Of a DNA stretch of 64,000 bases, positions 20,546 through 41,174 are shown one piece after another. Positions within the stretch are counted from its first letter, which is position 1; every line of letters starts with the position of its first letter. The translations under genes were made by a program, and so were the position numbers. Below the pieces are notes generated by a model that had not been told where the DNA came from, ran no database searches, and was given only the letters and a program-made list of their open reading frames with translations. The DNA is from the human T2T-CHM13v2.0 reference genome, Homo sapiens. The DNA lies in the NCBI RefSeq assembly GCF_009914755.1, contig NC_060927.1. One strand, given 5' to 3'.

Positions 20546-20745
20546 AACTTGACCCTTAAACAACATAGGCTGGAAATGAGGTCTATTCATATGTGGATTT
20601 TCTTCTACCTCTACCATCCAAGAAAGCAAGAACAGCCTTTCTCTTTTCCCTTACTCCTCCAACTACTCAACGTGAAGACAAGGATGAGTATCTTTACGAT
20701 ACACTTCCATTTAATGAATAACAAATATATTTTCCTTTCCTTATT
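20546..20745. mobile_element. Tigger2a/MER28 fragment
   Basis: TTGACCCTTAAACAACATAGG…CTACTCAACGTGAAGACAAGGATGAG…CACTTCCATTTAATGAATA. Confidence 0.75.
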
Positions 20746-21652
20746 CTTCAATTCTTCACCCCTCATTCTTCATACTTGTATACCTGTTTTCAGAGCTCTA
20801 ATTGCCTCCAGGATATCTATTTATTTTACTATTATTTTAAAAAATAGAGATGGGGTCTTGCTATGTTGCCCAGGTTAGTCTTGAACTCCTGGACTTAAGT
20901 GATTCTTCTGCCTCAGCCTCCCAAAGCGCTCAGATTATAGGTGTGAGTTACCACACCTGGCACCACTATGATGTTTGCCACCCTTTTGGGGTATGGCATA
21001 CTAGACCATCCTGTGGGGATGGCCTCCAGGGTATTATAGCTTGCTGTCATCATACAAAGCTCCTTATTTGAGGCCAGCTTTTGTCACTTCCCCACAAAAC
21101 TGTTTGGTTCTATTGTTGTCTTGCCTTTGGCTCAGTGCATTTTTGTTTTTCCTTTTAGAAGTTTGCTTCTGATGCCCTTTTACAGGCATGAGCCACCACA
21201 CCAGCCTAATGATTATAGTTCTAATTTGCATTCCTCTTTCGGGTTGAAGCTTGAACATCTATCTGTATTATTAGAAAGCAAAACTTAATATAAACATTCT
21301 CAAGATAGGGTTCCAGCCTGCTGGGTGACAGAGCAAGACTCCGTCTCAAAAAAGAAAAAAAAAAAAACATGTAACAATCTCTTTAGAACTGTAGGAAAAA
21401 ATAAACAACGTCCTAATCTCTGGGCATGTGGGCACTAACAGTCAACTCTCTATTACTTAATTGAACTTGGTATTTAATCTCTCCTTTGGGAGATCCGTTT
21501 GGATTTCCATGAATAGGTCAAACTTGTTATCCTTCAGTTACATATAACTATACTTCAACTCTATACAAAGTTTTATCCTTCAGGAGAAAAACCATAAATA
21601 AGACACTCATTGATTTTACCTATTTAGAAACATCCAGAAAGATCAAACTTAA

Positions 21653-21970
<318 letters not shown>

Positions 21971-22692
21971 TAATATTAATCTGTACAGTCTCTTCACAAA
22001 TATGCTAGTAATTACCAGGTATTCCCATTCAACCTCATATGCATGACATTAGAGCTTCGTGTCACTAGAGACTAAAACAAAGACTACTGAGAAGTCAGTA
22101 AGAAAGCAGAACCACAATGAAATAAGAAGAAAATAGTGCTTGCCGTAATAACAAAACCAGCAAACTTTGGACCTAAAGCCAGAAATGCAACCTAGACTGT
22201 GAGGTTCAATTAAAGAACACAGACAAAGTTCTGAGAGGCATGTTAGGCATGGGGCAAGAATGACAGGTCAGTATTCAGATATCCAAACAGAGTGGGGAGT
22301 TACTAAAATATGCACTCACTTCAAGTGTGCGAGGCACAAGAGATGAGAGAAGGTGCACACTGAAACTGGACACATAACTATACCTGAAAGGAAATAATTC
22401 TGGCACAATCTGCATAAAAGACTTGGAAAAATTCTTATTCCTGACAATGCTAACCCTATCCTTTACGTCTTTTTTAGTCCCACTTTTAATTTTAAGGAAA
22501 CTGTATTACATATATCTTCCTTTTTTTTTGAGACAAGCCACTGCACCCGGCCTGTATTACACGTATCTTTCTAAACTACTGCAAGTGATTTCAGATAAAA
22601 ATATTTCACTGTGGCCGGGCATGGTGACTCATGCCTGTAATCCCAGCATTTTGGGAGGCCGAGTCTGGCGGGTCACCTGAGTCAGGAGTTCA

Positions 22693-22884
<192 letters not shown>

Positions 22885-23085
22885 CTATGTCTCAAAAAAA
22901 AAAAAAAAAAATTTCATTGTGCAGAAACTACAGACACAAAGCAAGTTCCACAATATGTGACCTAGGAAAAATCATATCACTTTGGTATTCTATCCTCAAG
23001 TGTCCAGGTTAGGACTTGTGATAAAAGCTAAACAAGAACCAAGGACAGAAAAGAGTTCCAACTGGGAACCCAGAGTTAACAGTAG

Positions 23086-23426
<341 letters not shown>

Positions 23427-24988
23427 TGATGGCCAGTCTGGACTCGAACTCCTGACCTCAGGTGATCCAAATCAATATCTATTAAACACCATCCATATAT
23501 AAAAAGTTTCAGTAAATACACATGTAAGTTTGTATCTCCTACTATTTACTATATAAATAATTTATTTAATTACACACTTGTCCTTATTGTTGATCTAAAT
23601 ATTTATTTGCACTTCCCAACCATAAAGTATTGGGTTAGCTTAACTTTTAAAGTAAAATATATAAATTACATGTGTATTCTCCTGGAAAGATGCTAAGGTT
23701 ATAAACTGTGCACCACTAACTCAACTGAAAATACCAAACAATTTCAGGACAATATACTCCACTCCCCCAACCCTACCCTGTGAACTATGTCCCTGACAAC
23801 CCCACAGCTCAGGACATCACTAGTCCCAGTAACTGATGGAAACTCCAGAGTTCAAGAGAAAAAAAAGAAATAGTACCAAGAGAGACAGCTAGAAAAGGGG
23901 AAAAGACTGAAGGGAGCAAAATGGCAGGAATATCTGCAGGGATTCTCAATCTATCTACAACACTGACCTAGGCAAAGATCTCTATTTCTTTTATCCCTGT
24001 CCTGAGGATAGCAAAATGGAATACTCTTGCAGGCCTAGATAACTTTATCTCTTAAAACTGCTATCTGGCCAGGCACGGTGGCTCACACCTGTAATCCTAG
24101 CACCTTGGAAGGTCAAGGCAGGTAGATCGCCTGAGGTCAGGAGTTCGAGACCAGCCTGGCCAACATGGTGAAACCCCATCTCTACTAAAAATGCAAAAAT
24201 TAGCTGGGCATGTGGTGGCAGGTGCCTGTAATCCCAGTTACTCAGGAGGCTGAGGCAGGAGAATCACTGGAAGGTTGCAGTGAGCTGAGATGGTGCCACT
24301 TCACTCCAGCCTGGGCGAAAAAGCGCAACTAAGTCTCAAAAAAACAAAACAAACAAACAAAAATACTATCTATCCACTTCAAATATAATGTATGAGTTCA
24401 TTATACACACACATTTCATGGCAAGCCTACCTTCTAATTTGCTAACAATGTACACCTGTTACTATAAAAATCAAATATAAGAAATCACTTCCCCAATAAA
24501 TACTTGGTTGTGGCCGGGTGCGGTGGCTCACGCCTGTAATCCCAGCACTTTGGGAGGCTGAGATGGGTGGAGTGCTTGAGGCCAGGAGTTTGAGAGCAGC
24601 CTGACCAACATGACAAAACCCTATTTCTACTAAAAATAGAAAAATTAGCCAGGCATGGTGGTGCACGCCTACAGTCCCAGCTACTCAGGAGGCTGGGGCA
24701 TGAGAATTGCTTGAATCTGATGCGCGGGATGCAGTGACCTGAGATTCCACCACTGCACTTCTAGCCTTGCCAACAGCCTTGGTTGGTCCTATTTTTAAGA
24801 CCCTGTCTCAAAAATAAATAAATACGTGGTTGCTTGATATTTTTCTTGGATGTAGAAACAAGGTAAATTAGGGCTCTTGGTAAAACACATTAATCATCAT
24901 GTGCTTACAGGATTTTCTAACACAAGGAAACAGGACTTAAAAGTAAATAACTTAAGATCAAAACATGCAAACAAATACAAAAACTTAC

Positions 24989-25074
24989 CATCCCTGTTCA
25001 TTTTTATACTTGTAAGCAGCCCCAAGAATGTGACATAAGGCGCCTCCAGCTTTGAAATCCATGAAACACTTTGC
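24989..25074 (-). CDS. SMARCC1: SMARCC1 exon 3 (AKCFMDFKAGGALCHILGAAYKYKNEQG-W)
   Basis: Acceptor TTTTTAG|GCA, donor ATG|GTAAGT; 86 nt, phase 0-2; read manually, as the ORF track shows another frame here. Confidence 0.97.
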
Positions 25075-25830
25075 CTAAAAATGATACAAATTACACATGA
25101 GAAAAATAAAGCTTCTGACAAAATTACTCATGTCTTAATTCTAAGTTTTATAAATTCAAATATATAAACAAATACTAATTAAACAACCTCCTTAAACATC
25201 TTCTTGAATAAACTGAGGAATCAATACATTTTTCTAAAAGTAGATTAGGCTGGGCATGGTGGCTCATGCCTGTAATCCCAACACTCTGGGAGCGTGAAAC
25301 AGGAGGATCACTTAAGCCCAGGAGTTCAAGACCAGTCTGGGCAACACAGGGAGATCCAGTCTCTAGAAAAAAATTTAAAAATTAGCTGTGCATTGTGGCA
25401 CACACCTGCAATCCTATCCAGGAGGCTGGGGTGGGAGGATCACTTCAGCCTGAGAGGTTGAGCCTGCGGTGAGCCCTGATCGCCCTACTGCACTCCAGCC
25501 CTGGATGACAGAGTGAGATGCTGTCTCAAGAAAAATCAAATGAAATAAACTGAAGTGAAACTACTTTCTTGTAGCCAGTACAGTGGCTCACACCTATAGT
25601 CGCAGCTACTTGGGAGGCTGAGATGAAAGAATCACTTGAGCACAGAAATTCAAAACCAGCCTGGACAATATAGCAAGACCCCATACCCCTCCCCAAAAGA
25701 ATTCCTTTTAAATTCCATAAACATATTATAATTTGAGTAATTAGTCTGTCAAAAGAAAGATTTTAAAAAGCTAAATATAGGCCAGGAGCAGTGGCTCACA
25801 TCAGTAATTTTTTTTTTTTTTTTTTTTTGA

Positions 25831-25935
<105 letters not shown>

Positions 25936-26521
25936 TAAGTAGCTGGGATTATAGGCATGCATGACCACGCCCGGCTAATTTTGCATTTTTAGTAGAGACA
26001 GGGTTTCTCTATGTTGGCCAGGCTGGTCTCGAACTCCCAACCTCAGGTGATCTGCCCGCCTCAACCTCCCAAAGTGCTGTGATTACAGGCATGAGCCATC
26101 GTGCCTGGCTACACACCAGTAATTCTAACATTTTGAGACACCAAGGTGAAAGAATCACTTGAGGCCAGGAGTCTGAGACCAGCTTGGGCAACACAGTGAG
26201 ATCCTACCTCTACAAAAAATTTAAAAATTAGGCCAGGTGCAGGAGTGGCTCACACCTGTAATCCCAGCATTTGGCAGGCCGAAGCGGGCAGATGGCTTGA
26301 GCACAGGAGTTCAAGACCAGCCTGGGCAACATGGTGAAACCCCGTCTCAACAAAAAATGCAAAAGAAATTAGCCAGGCATGGGGGGAGTGTGCCTGTAGC
26401 CCCAGCTACTGGGAGGCTGAGGTAGGAGGATGGCTTGAACCTAGGAGGCAAAGGTTGCAGTGAGCTGAGACCATGCCACTATACTCTAGCCTGGGCAATA
26501 AAACCAGAATTTGTCTCAAAA

Positions 26522-26599
26522 AAATATAAATATAAATATAAATATAAATATAAATATAAATATAAATATAAATATAAATATAAATATAAATATAAATAT
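26522..26599 (+). repeat. (AAATAT)13 microsatellite in an Alu tail
   Basis: Perfect hexamer array. Confidence 0.92.
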
Positions 26600-27575
26600 A
26601 AAAATTAGCCAGGCATGGTGGCACACGCCTGTAGTCCCACCTACTCAGGAGGCTGAGGTAGGAGGATTGCATGAGCATGGGAAGTCAAGCTGTAGTGAAC
26701 TGTGATGGTGACAAATCCAGCCTGGGTGACAGAGTGTGACCTTATCTCAAAAAACAAATTTTTTTATAAAAAAGATAAATCAAAATGGTTCCAAAGAAAA
26801 TGCCTGTAACCCCAGTACTCTGGTTGAGAAAGAAGGCAGGGAGGAAGGGAGGACTGCTTGAAGCCAGGAGTTTGAGGCCAGCTTGGGCAAGGAAGTGAAA
26901 CTTTGTCACAAAGAAACAAAAGAAAAAAAGAAATATAAGGATAGTGGACTTCTTCGCCTTATAAATTCTTGACTATAAATATACAAAAATTAGGCCAGGC
27001 ATGGTGGCTCACGCCTGTAATCCCAGCACTTTGGAAGGCCAAAGCGGGTGGATCATGTGAGGTGAGGAGTTTGCCACCAGCACGGCCAACATGGTGAAGC
27101 CCCATCTCTACTAAAAATACAAAAATTAGCCAGGCATGGTGGCGGGCGCATGTAATCCCAGCTACTCGGGAGGCTGAGGCAGGAGAATCGCTTGAACCCA
27201 GGGGCAGAGGTTGCCAAGATCACACCACTGCACTCCAGCCTGGGCGACACAGTGAGACTGTCTCAACAAAAAATAAAAAATAAAAATAAAAACATAAATT
27301 ATGCAAAAATTGTAAGTGAACACTTTTATTATACTTTTTTATCTTTTTGAAACAGGGTCTCACTGTGTTGCTCAGGCTGGAGTACAGCTGGGTGATCATG
27401 GCTCACTGTAGCCTCTGCCTTCTGGGTTCAAGGAATTCTCGTATCTCAGCCTCCCAAGTAGTTGGGATTACAAGCAAGTGCCAATACGCCTGGCTAATTT
27501 TTTTTCTGTTTTTTGCATATTTAAAAGACAAACTTTTGCCATATTGGCCAAGCTGATATGAAACTCTTGATCTCA

Positions 27576-27704
<129 letters not shown>

Positions 27705-28447
27705 CTATGCCACAATTCAAGAGATCTGTGCTTTACAGATTAAAAATATAGCTCAAATTAAACGAAATGGTGAATAATTTCCACATTATGAAGGTAAAAA
27801 CAATATAAACTGAGCATCGAATAGGCTAAATAAGATGAAGTGTTATTAGAAACACCCATGCATTTTTTTCTCTAAAAACTATTACTACAAAATAATATAC
27901 TGGAAAGAACCACATAGGTGGCAAACATTAAAAAGACAAAAAGCAGAATGGTGGTTGCCAAGGAAAGAGGGACAAGGAATGAAAGTTATTGTTTAATAGA
28001 TACAGAAGTGAGCATAGTTTCTCCATCCCATAATCCCAAACCTTTGGGAGGCTGAGGCAGGAGGATCACTTGGGCCCAAGAGTAGAAGACCAACCTGGTC
28101 AACATAGTGAGACCTCATCTGTTTAAAAAAAAATAGTAATAAATAAAAATAAAGAGTATCCTGTAATCCCAGCACTTTGGGAGGCCGAGTTGGGTTGATC
28201 ACTTGAGGTCAGAAGTTTGGGACAAGCCTGGCCAACATGGTGAAATCCCATCTCTACCAAAAAATACAAAAATTAGCCGGGCGTGGTGGCACGCACCTGC
28301 AGTCCCAGCTACTTGGGAGGCTGAGGTGGGAGGATCACTTGAACCTGGGAGGCAGAGGTTGAAGTGAGCTGATGTCATGCCACTGTAACAGAGGGAGACC
28401 CTATCTCAAACAACAAATAAAAATCATTTAAATGGCATATTTTGTTA

Positions 28448-28609
<162 letters not shown>

Positions 28610-28766
28610 CTATAAAATAAATTATAAAACAAAAATGAGCCGTGTATAGTGGCACATGCCTGTGGTCCCAGCAACTCAGGAGGCTGAGGTAAATGGATTG
28701 CTTGAGCTTGGGAAGTTGAGGCTACAGTGAGCTGTGACCACACCACCGCACTCCAGCCTGGATGAC

Positions 28767-28786
28767 AAAGTGAGACCCTCTAAATT

Positions 28787-28827
<41 letters not shown>

Positions 28828-28910
28828 GTGAGACCCTCTAAATTAAACACACACACACACACACACACACAAAGTGAGACCCTCTAAATTAAACACACAC
28901 ACACAGAGAA

Positions 28911-28946
<36 letters not shown>
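28767..28946 (+). repeat. Compound VNTR: 3x [AAAGTGAGACCCTCTAAATTAAAC + (AC)n] followed by (GA)n
   Basis: Identical 24-mers at 28767, 28825 and 28871, each followed by an AC tract of different length. Confidence 0.93.
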
Positions 28947-28948
<2 letters not shown>

Positions 28949-29099
28949 GGCGGGGAGAGGGATAGAGGGAGGGGGCAGGCAAATAAAAAAGGTGGCTCAC
29001 GCCTACAATCCGAGCACTTTGGGAGGCCGAGGCGGGTGGATCACGAGGTCAGGAGATCGAGACCATCCTGGCTAACATGGTGAAACCCCGTCTCTACTA

Positions 29100-29402
<303 letters not shown>

Positions 29403-29687
29403 TCAAGAGATCCAAGACCATCCTGGCCAACATGGTGAAACCATGTCTCTACTAAAAATACAAAAATTAGCTGGGTGTGGTGGTGCACGCCTGTAGTCCC
29501 AGCTACTTGGGAGGCTCAGGCAGGAGAATCACTTGAACCCGAGAGGCAGAGGATGCAGTGAGCCGGGATCGCGCCAGGGCACTCCAGCTTGGCGACAGAA
29601 CGAAACTCCATCTCAAAAATAAATAAATAAATAAATAAATAGACTAATGTAATAGGTGGGTATCTACTACAGTAGAATGAGACTTAC

Positions 29688-29900
29688 TTCTCCTACAGAA
29701 AGCCTTCCCTAAATCCCCAGATTGGTCTAAAATGTTCTCCTCAAACCATGCATGTAATCACTATTGCACTTCAGCATAATAGTGACATGACTGATTCATA
29801 TATTTAATGTGGAATATGAATTCCTTGTGGACAGGAACAGTGCTTATTCAAATCTATCACCAATATTCAGCAATGTGCCACCTGACAACATAGGTAATCT
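29688..29900 (+). mobile_element. L2 3' fragment
   Basis: AAGCCTTCCCTAAATCCCC…GAATATGAATTCCTTGTGGACAGGAAC. Confidence 0.55.
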
Positions 29901-30080
29901 GAATTTTCTCAACAGTTCAACTATATTGACACCACTTAAAATTAGAGATCCACGCTACTCAGAAATATATACTGAGCTGGCCATAACAATAAAACATCTA
30001 TATAAATAAGGTCAATTTCTCAACAGATATTAAATTTGAAAAATGAAATCATTACCAAATATAGGCTTAAGACAAAGTAA

Positions 30081-30206
<126 letters not shown>

Positions 30207-30504
30207 TAGCTGGGATTACAGACACGTGCCACCACGCCAGGCTTATTTTTGTATTTTTAGTAGAGACAGGGTTTCACCAGGTTGGCCAGGCTGGTCTTTA
30301 ATTCCTGACCTTAGGTGATCCGCCCGCCTCAGCCTCCCAAAGTGCTGGGATTACTAGCGTGAGCCACCGCGCCTGGCCGACAAAGTAACTTTTATTCAGC
30401 CACTACAGGGACAGATGATGAGAATGAAGTAGAAAACAGATGGCCAGGCGTGGTGGTTCATGCCTATAATCCCAATACTTTGGAAGGCCAAGGCAGGCTG
30501 ATCA

Positions 30505-30883
<379 letters not shown>

Positions 30884-31154
30884 TTATTTAAAAATAAAAA
30901 TAAATAAAAAGGAATAGACGGAACTCATGAACCTATCAAAGGTACTAGTTCCAATAATGAAGTTCAACGAGATAAAAACCTTGGCCAGGCGCAGTAGCTC
31001 ACGCCTGTAATCCTAGCACTTTGGGAGGCAGAGGAGGGTGGATCACGAGGTCAGGAGTTCAAGATCAGCCTGACCAACATGGTGAAACTCCATTACTACT
31101 AAAAATACAAAAAAATTAGCAGGACATGGTGGCACACATCTGTGATCCCAGCTA

Positions 31155-31262
<108 letters not shown>

Positions 31263-32399
31263 TCAAAAACAACAACAACAACAACAAACCTCTACAGATG
31301 TGGCAGAATAAAATGGTACTGGCAGGGGCAAGGCCTATCCATACATCAAGGATTCTTACGGCTTGCACACAAATGGATTTGGGATAGAAACGGACTTGGG
31401 ATTGGCTCAAAAAAGCTCAGTAGCACAATCACCCAAATGAAAACGTGAGAAATCAAAGTCAGGTAATGGAAAGCTGGAGATAGGAACAAGAAACTTCTTA
31501 GAGACATTCACTGAACCTTGACTGTATCTCCCATTCCAGCCCCATCCTATAAACCCCCATGCTGAAGAGGCCCTGCCCTAATTCAAAATGAGTATAGTTC
31601 TTAAACACTCCCTAAATGAAAAGCACAGGATGTTAGAGCAAATACTTGTTAATTCGTATTGGAAAACCTAAAGAATAAAAAGGCAGCCGGATGCAGTGGC
31701 TCGCACCTGTAATTCTAACACGTTGAGAGGCCGGGACAGGAGGATCACTTCAGGCCAGGAGTACAAGAACACCCTGAGCAACATAACAGAGCGAAACCCT
31801 GTCTCTAGAAAATAATTAAAATAAAATTAGCCCGGCATGGTAGGATGTACCTCCCAGCTACCCAGTAGGCTGAGTCAGGAGGGCTAGTTGAGCCTAGGAG
31901 GCTGAAGCTGCAGTGACCCATGATCACAGTCCTGTCTGAAAAAAACAAACAAAAAAAAGTAGCAAAAACTGAAATTTCTAGAGCCAGCAAAATGATGCCT
32001 TATATGAGTATCTCAACAGCTGAACACTCCAATTAGAGACTCTGGGGGTCAAAGTCAACTCTAACAGGCTGCCTCTACTCTCAACTGTGTGACCCAATTG
32101 CTTTTAATAAACAATTCTATCCCTGGCTGACTCTATTGGAAATTTAATCTGATCTTATCCTGGGTATATATAAGTGGTTTCACCCTACTTATTTATAGCC
32201 CACCTAAAATCTTGCTGAGCTGAATGAAACTTAGAATAAATCTAGGCCGGGCACTACGGCTCACGCCTGTAATCTCAGCACTTTGGGAGTCCAAGGGGGG
32301 CGGATCACGAGGTGAGGAGTCTGAGACAATCCTGGCCAACATGGTAAAACCCCATCTTAGTCGGACGTGGTGGGACACGTCTGTAGTCCCAGCTACTCA

Positions 32400-32543
<144 letters not shown>

Positions 32544-32694
32544 CTACTACAATAATTTGTGCCATGGATTCCTTATTTCTTTATTCCTTTATTTATTCAT
32601 AAAAGACAAAGTAGGCCGGGTGCGATGGCTCATGCCTGTAATCTGAGCACTTTGGGAGGCCGAGGCGGGCGGATCACCTGAGGTCAGGAGTTCA

Positions 32695-32892
<198 letters not shown>

Positions 32893-33380
32893 TCAAAAAA
32901 AAAAAAAAAAAAAAAGACAAAGTAGTGCTAACAATTGGTAAAAAGAAACGTGTTTCTATGAAAGGAGTATTCACATTTCTAACACTATGTTTAGGTCTAT
33001 CAGTCAATAAATGACTGTGCCAGAAAAGGGATGTGAAGTAGTAAATAAGCAGAGAATGTGTCCAAGAAAGTTCACAAGAAATCACAAAGTCATCCTCACA
33101 CCTTGAAAATGGTTGAAAGAGAAAAAAATACATCATTTAAATTCCAGAATTCTTATACCTCACAAAATAAAATGACACACGTCAAAAATTCCATACATTT
33201 ACTTATCTATTAAACTTATTTGGAATTTGTATTATTATCAGCACCTCTAATGATAGGTCACTGCTACCGTAATAGTCTTGGAGACAACAAAAAGTATTAG
33301 CATTGACACCAATCACTGAGAATTTATCATGAAGCACTTTTGACTTATTTCCTCATTTACTTGTCACAACAAGCATATGA

Positions 33381-33664
<284 letters not shown>

Positions 33665-33942
33665 TGAGCCACGGCTCCTGGCCTGAACTTTACTCTTTTA
33701 CACCCATTTTACAGATGAGAAAAGTGTTGCTGGCTCCAGCAATATTGTATACTAAAGAACTATTACACTCTACCACTATAAACATGTAGAAATGTTGGGT
33801 AAAAGTAACACGCATTATTTTAAATGAGCAGCTGAATTCCTAGAAAGAAAGCAAATCCCCAGGTGCAAAAATCAAAGGGAGGAAAAAAAAGAAACAACTA
33901 AAAGTCAAAGTGGTAATCATGCGAGGTAAAAAATACAACCCT

Positions 33943-37310
<3,368 letters not shown>

Positions 37311-37724
37311 CTATCGAAAAACAACAAGGGTCTCACTGTGTCACCCAGGCTGGAGTGCAGTGGAATGATCACTACTCACTGCAGCCTTCAACTCCTGGGC
37401 TCAAGTGATCCTCACACCTCAACCTCCTAAGTAGCTCCAACCACAGGAGTTTGCCAACATGCTGACGCTAATATTTTAATATTCTGTAGAGATGTGGTCT
37501 CACTATCTAACCCAGGCTGGTTTTGAACTCCTGGGCTCAAGCAATCTTCCCACTTCAGCCTCGCAAAAAAAAAAAAACAAAAACTAGCCACACGTGGTAG
37601 TATATGCCTAGGCTAAGACAAGAGGATTGCTTAAGCCCTAGAGGTCAAGGCTGCAGTGAGCTGTGTTCATTCAGGACACCACTCCAACCTGGTAACACAA
37701 CAGGGTACCATCTCAAAAAAATCA

Positions 37725-37899
37725 GAATTAAAGTTTTACCAGTACACAGCCATACTTATTATGTACTGCATATACATACACTCATTTACGTATTGTATAT
37801 AGCTGCTTTCATACTACACTGAGTGGCTGTAACAGAGCCCACAGAGCCTACAGGCCTAAAATATTTACTATCTAGAATATTTACTATCTGTCCCTTTAA
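37725..37899. mobile_element. MER58-like fragment with an internal AATATTTACTATCT duplication
   Basis: AAAGTTTTACCAGTACACAGCCA…GCCTAAAATATTTACTATCT…CCCTTTA. Confidence 0.6.
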
Positions 37900-38094
37900 T
37901 TAATTAATTAATTTATTTATTTAGAAACAGGGTGTTGGCCGGGCGCGGTGGCTCAGGCCTGTAATCCTACGTTTTGGGAGGCTGAGGTGGGTGGATGACC
38001 TGAGGTCAGGAGTTTGAGACCAGCCTGGCCAAGATAAACACAAACACAAAATTAGCCAGGCGTGATGGTGCATGCCTGTAATCCCAGCTACTCA

Positions 38095-38268
<174 letters not shown>

Positions 38269-38587
38269 TCACTACAACCTTCGCCACCTGGCTCAAGCAA
38301 TCCTCCCACCTCAGCCTCCCAAATAGCTGGGACGACAGGGGCCCTCCCAAACGCCTGGCTAATTTTGATATTTTTTTGTAGAGACCAGCTTTTGCCATGT
38401 TGTCCAGGCTGGTCTTGAACTCCTGGACTCAAGTGATCCACCCACCTCAGCCTCCCAAAATGCTTGGATTATGGGAGTGAGCCACAGCATACAGTACACT
38501 CTGTCCCTTTAGCAAAAAAAATTAGGCTGGGCGTGGTGGCTCATACCTGTAATCCCAGCACTTTGGGAGGCTGAGGCGGGCAGATCA

Positions 38588-39231
<644 letters not shown>

Positions 39232-40126
39232 TCACGCCTGAAATCCCACCACTCTGGGAGGCCGAGACGGGCAGATCACTTGAGGCCAGGAGTTTGAGAC
39301 CAGCATGGCTAACATGGTGAAACCCCATCTCTACCAAAAATACAAAATATCAGCTGGGAATGGTGGTGCACACCTGTTAATCAGCTACTTTAGAGGCTGA
39401 GGCATGAGAATCGCATGAACCCAGGAGGCAGACTGCAGTGAGCCAGGATCGTACCACTGCATTCCAGCCTGGGCAACAGAGAGAGGCTGTCTCAAAAAAA
39501 TTAAAAAAAAGAAATTTTTACAAATGTAACATTTGTCTGCATGCTTCAAAAATGTTAAGTCATGGGCCAGAGGGAGTGGCTCATGCCAGTAATCTCAGCA
39601 CTTTGGGAGGCCAAGGCTGACAGTTACCTGAGGTCAGGAGTTGGAGACCAGCCTGGCCAACATGGTGAAACCCAGTTTCTACTAAAAATACAAACATTAG
39701 CTGGGCGTTGTGGCGCATGCCTGTAATCCCAGCTACTGGGGAGGCTGAGGCAGGAGAATCATTTGAACCTGGTAGGGGAGGAGACTGCCGTGAGCCAAGA
39801 TTGTGCTACTGCACTCCAGCCTGGGCAACTGAGCAAGACTCTGTCTCAAAAAACAACAACAAAAATGTAAGTCATAACAAACAAACGTCAATCAGCTGTG
39901 CGTGGTAGCTCAAAGCAGCAATCCCAGTACTTTGGAAGGCCAAGGCAGAAGGACTTCTTCAGTCCAAGAGTTCAAAACCAGCCTGGGTAACACAGTGAGA
40001 CCCTATCTCTATCAAATTAAAAATTAAAAAATTTGGCCAGGTGCTGTGGCTCACACCTGTAATCCCAGCACTTTGGGAGGCCAAGGCAGGCAGATCACTT
40101 GAGGTCAGTAGTTCGAGACCAGCCTA

Positions 40127-40381
<255 letters not shown>

Positions 40382-40769
40382 TCAGGAGGCTGAGGCAGGT
40401 GGATCAGTTGATCCCTGGAGGTCAAGGCTGCAGTGAGCTATGACCATACCACTGTACTTTAGCCTGGGTGACAGAGCAAGGCAGTATCTCAGAAAAAAAA
40501 AAGACAGGCTGAATTATCTCAAATTAAATAAGACTAAAAATATATAACTAAATAAAATATGTGGTGTTGGTGTGGATCTTATAAAGGACATTTTTGAGAC
40601 AACTGGTGAAATGTGAAGATAGATTATATGGTAAATAATGGTATTATATCAAAGCCAATCTCCTAAATTTGATCACTGTATTTGCCAGGATAAATCCCAT
40701 GTTCTACAGAGATCTGTGCCTCAGTCTCAAGTCTCTCAAGCTATTCCCTCCCTGCTAGATTGGACCTGA

Positions 40770-41174
<405 letters not shown>

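Noticed and set aside
28767-28905. Repeat-spacer array superficially resembling CRISPR
   Set aside because: The spacers are pure (AC)n, the repeat is an Alu 3' end, the context is a human intron, and there are no cas genes
29688-29692. 5-nt microexon motif CUUUCUGUAG|GAGAA|GUAAGU
   Set aside because: Very short pyrimidine tract at the edge of an L2 remnant; expected by chance in 27 kb
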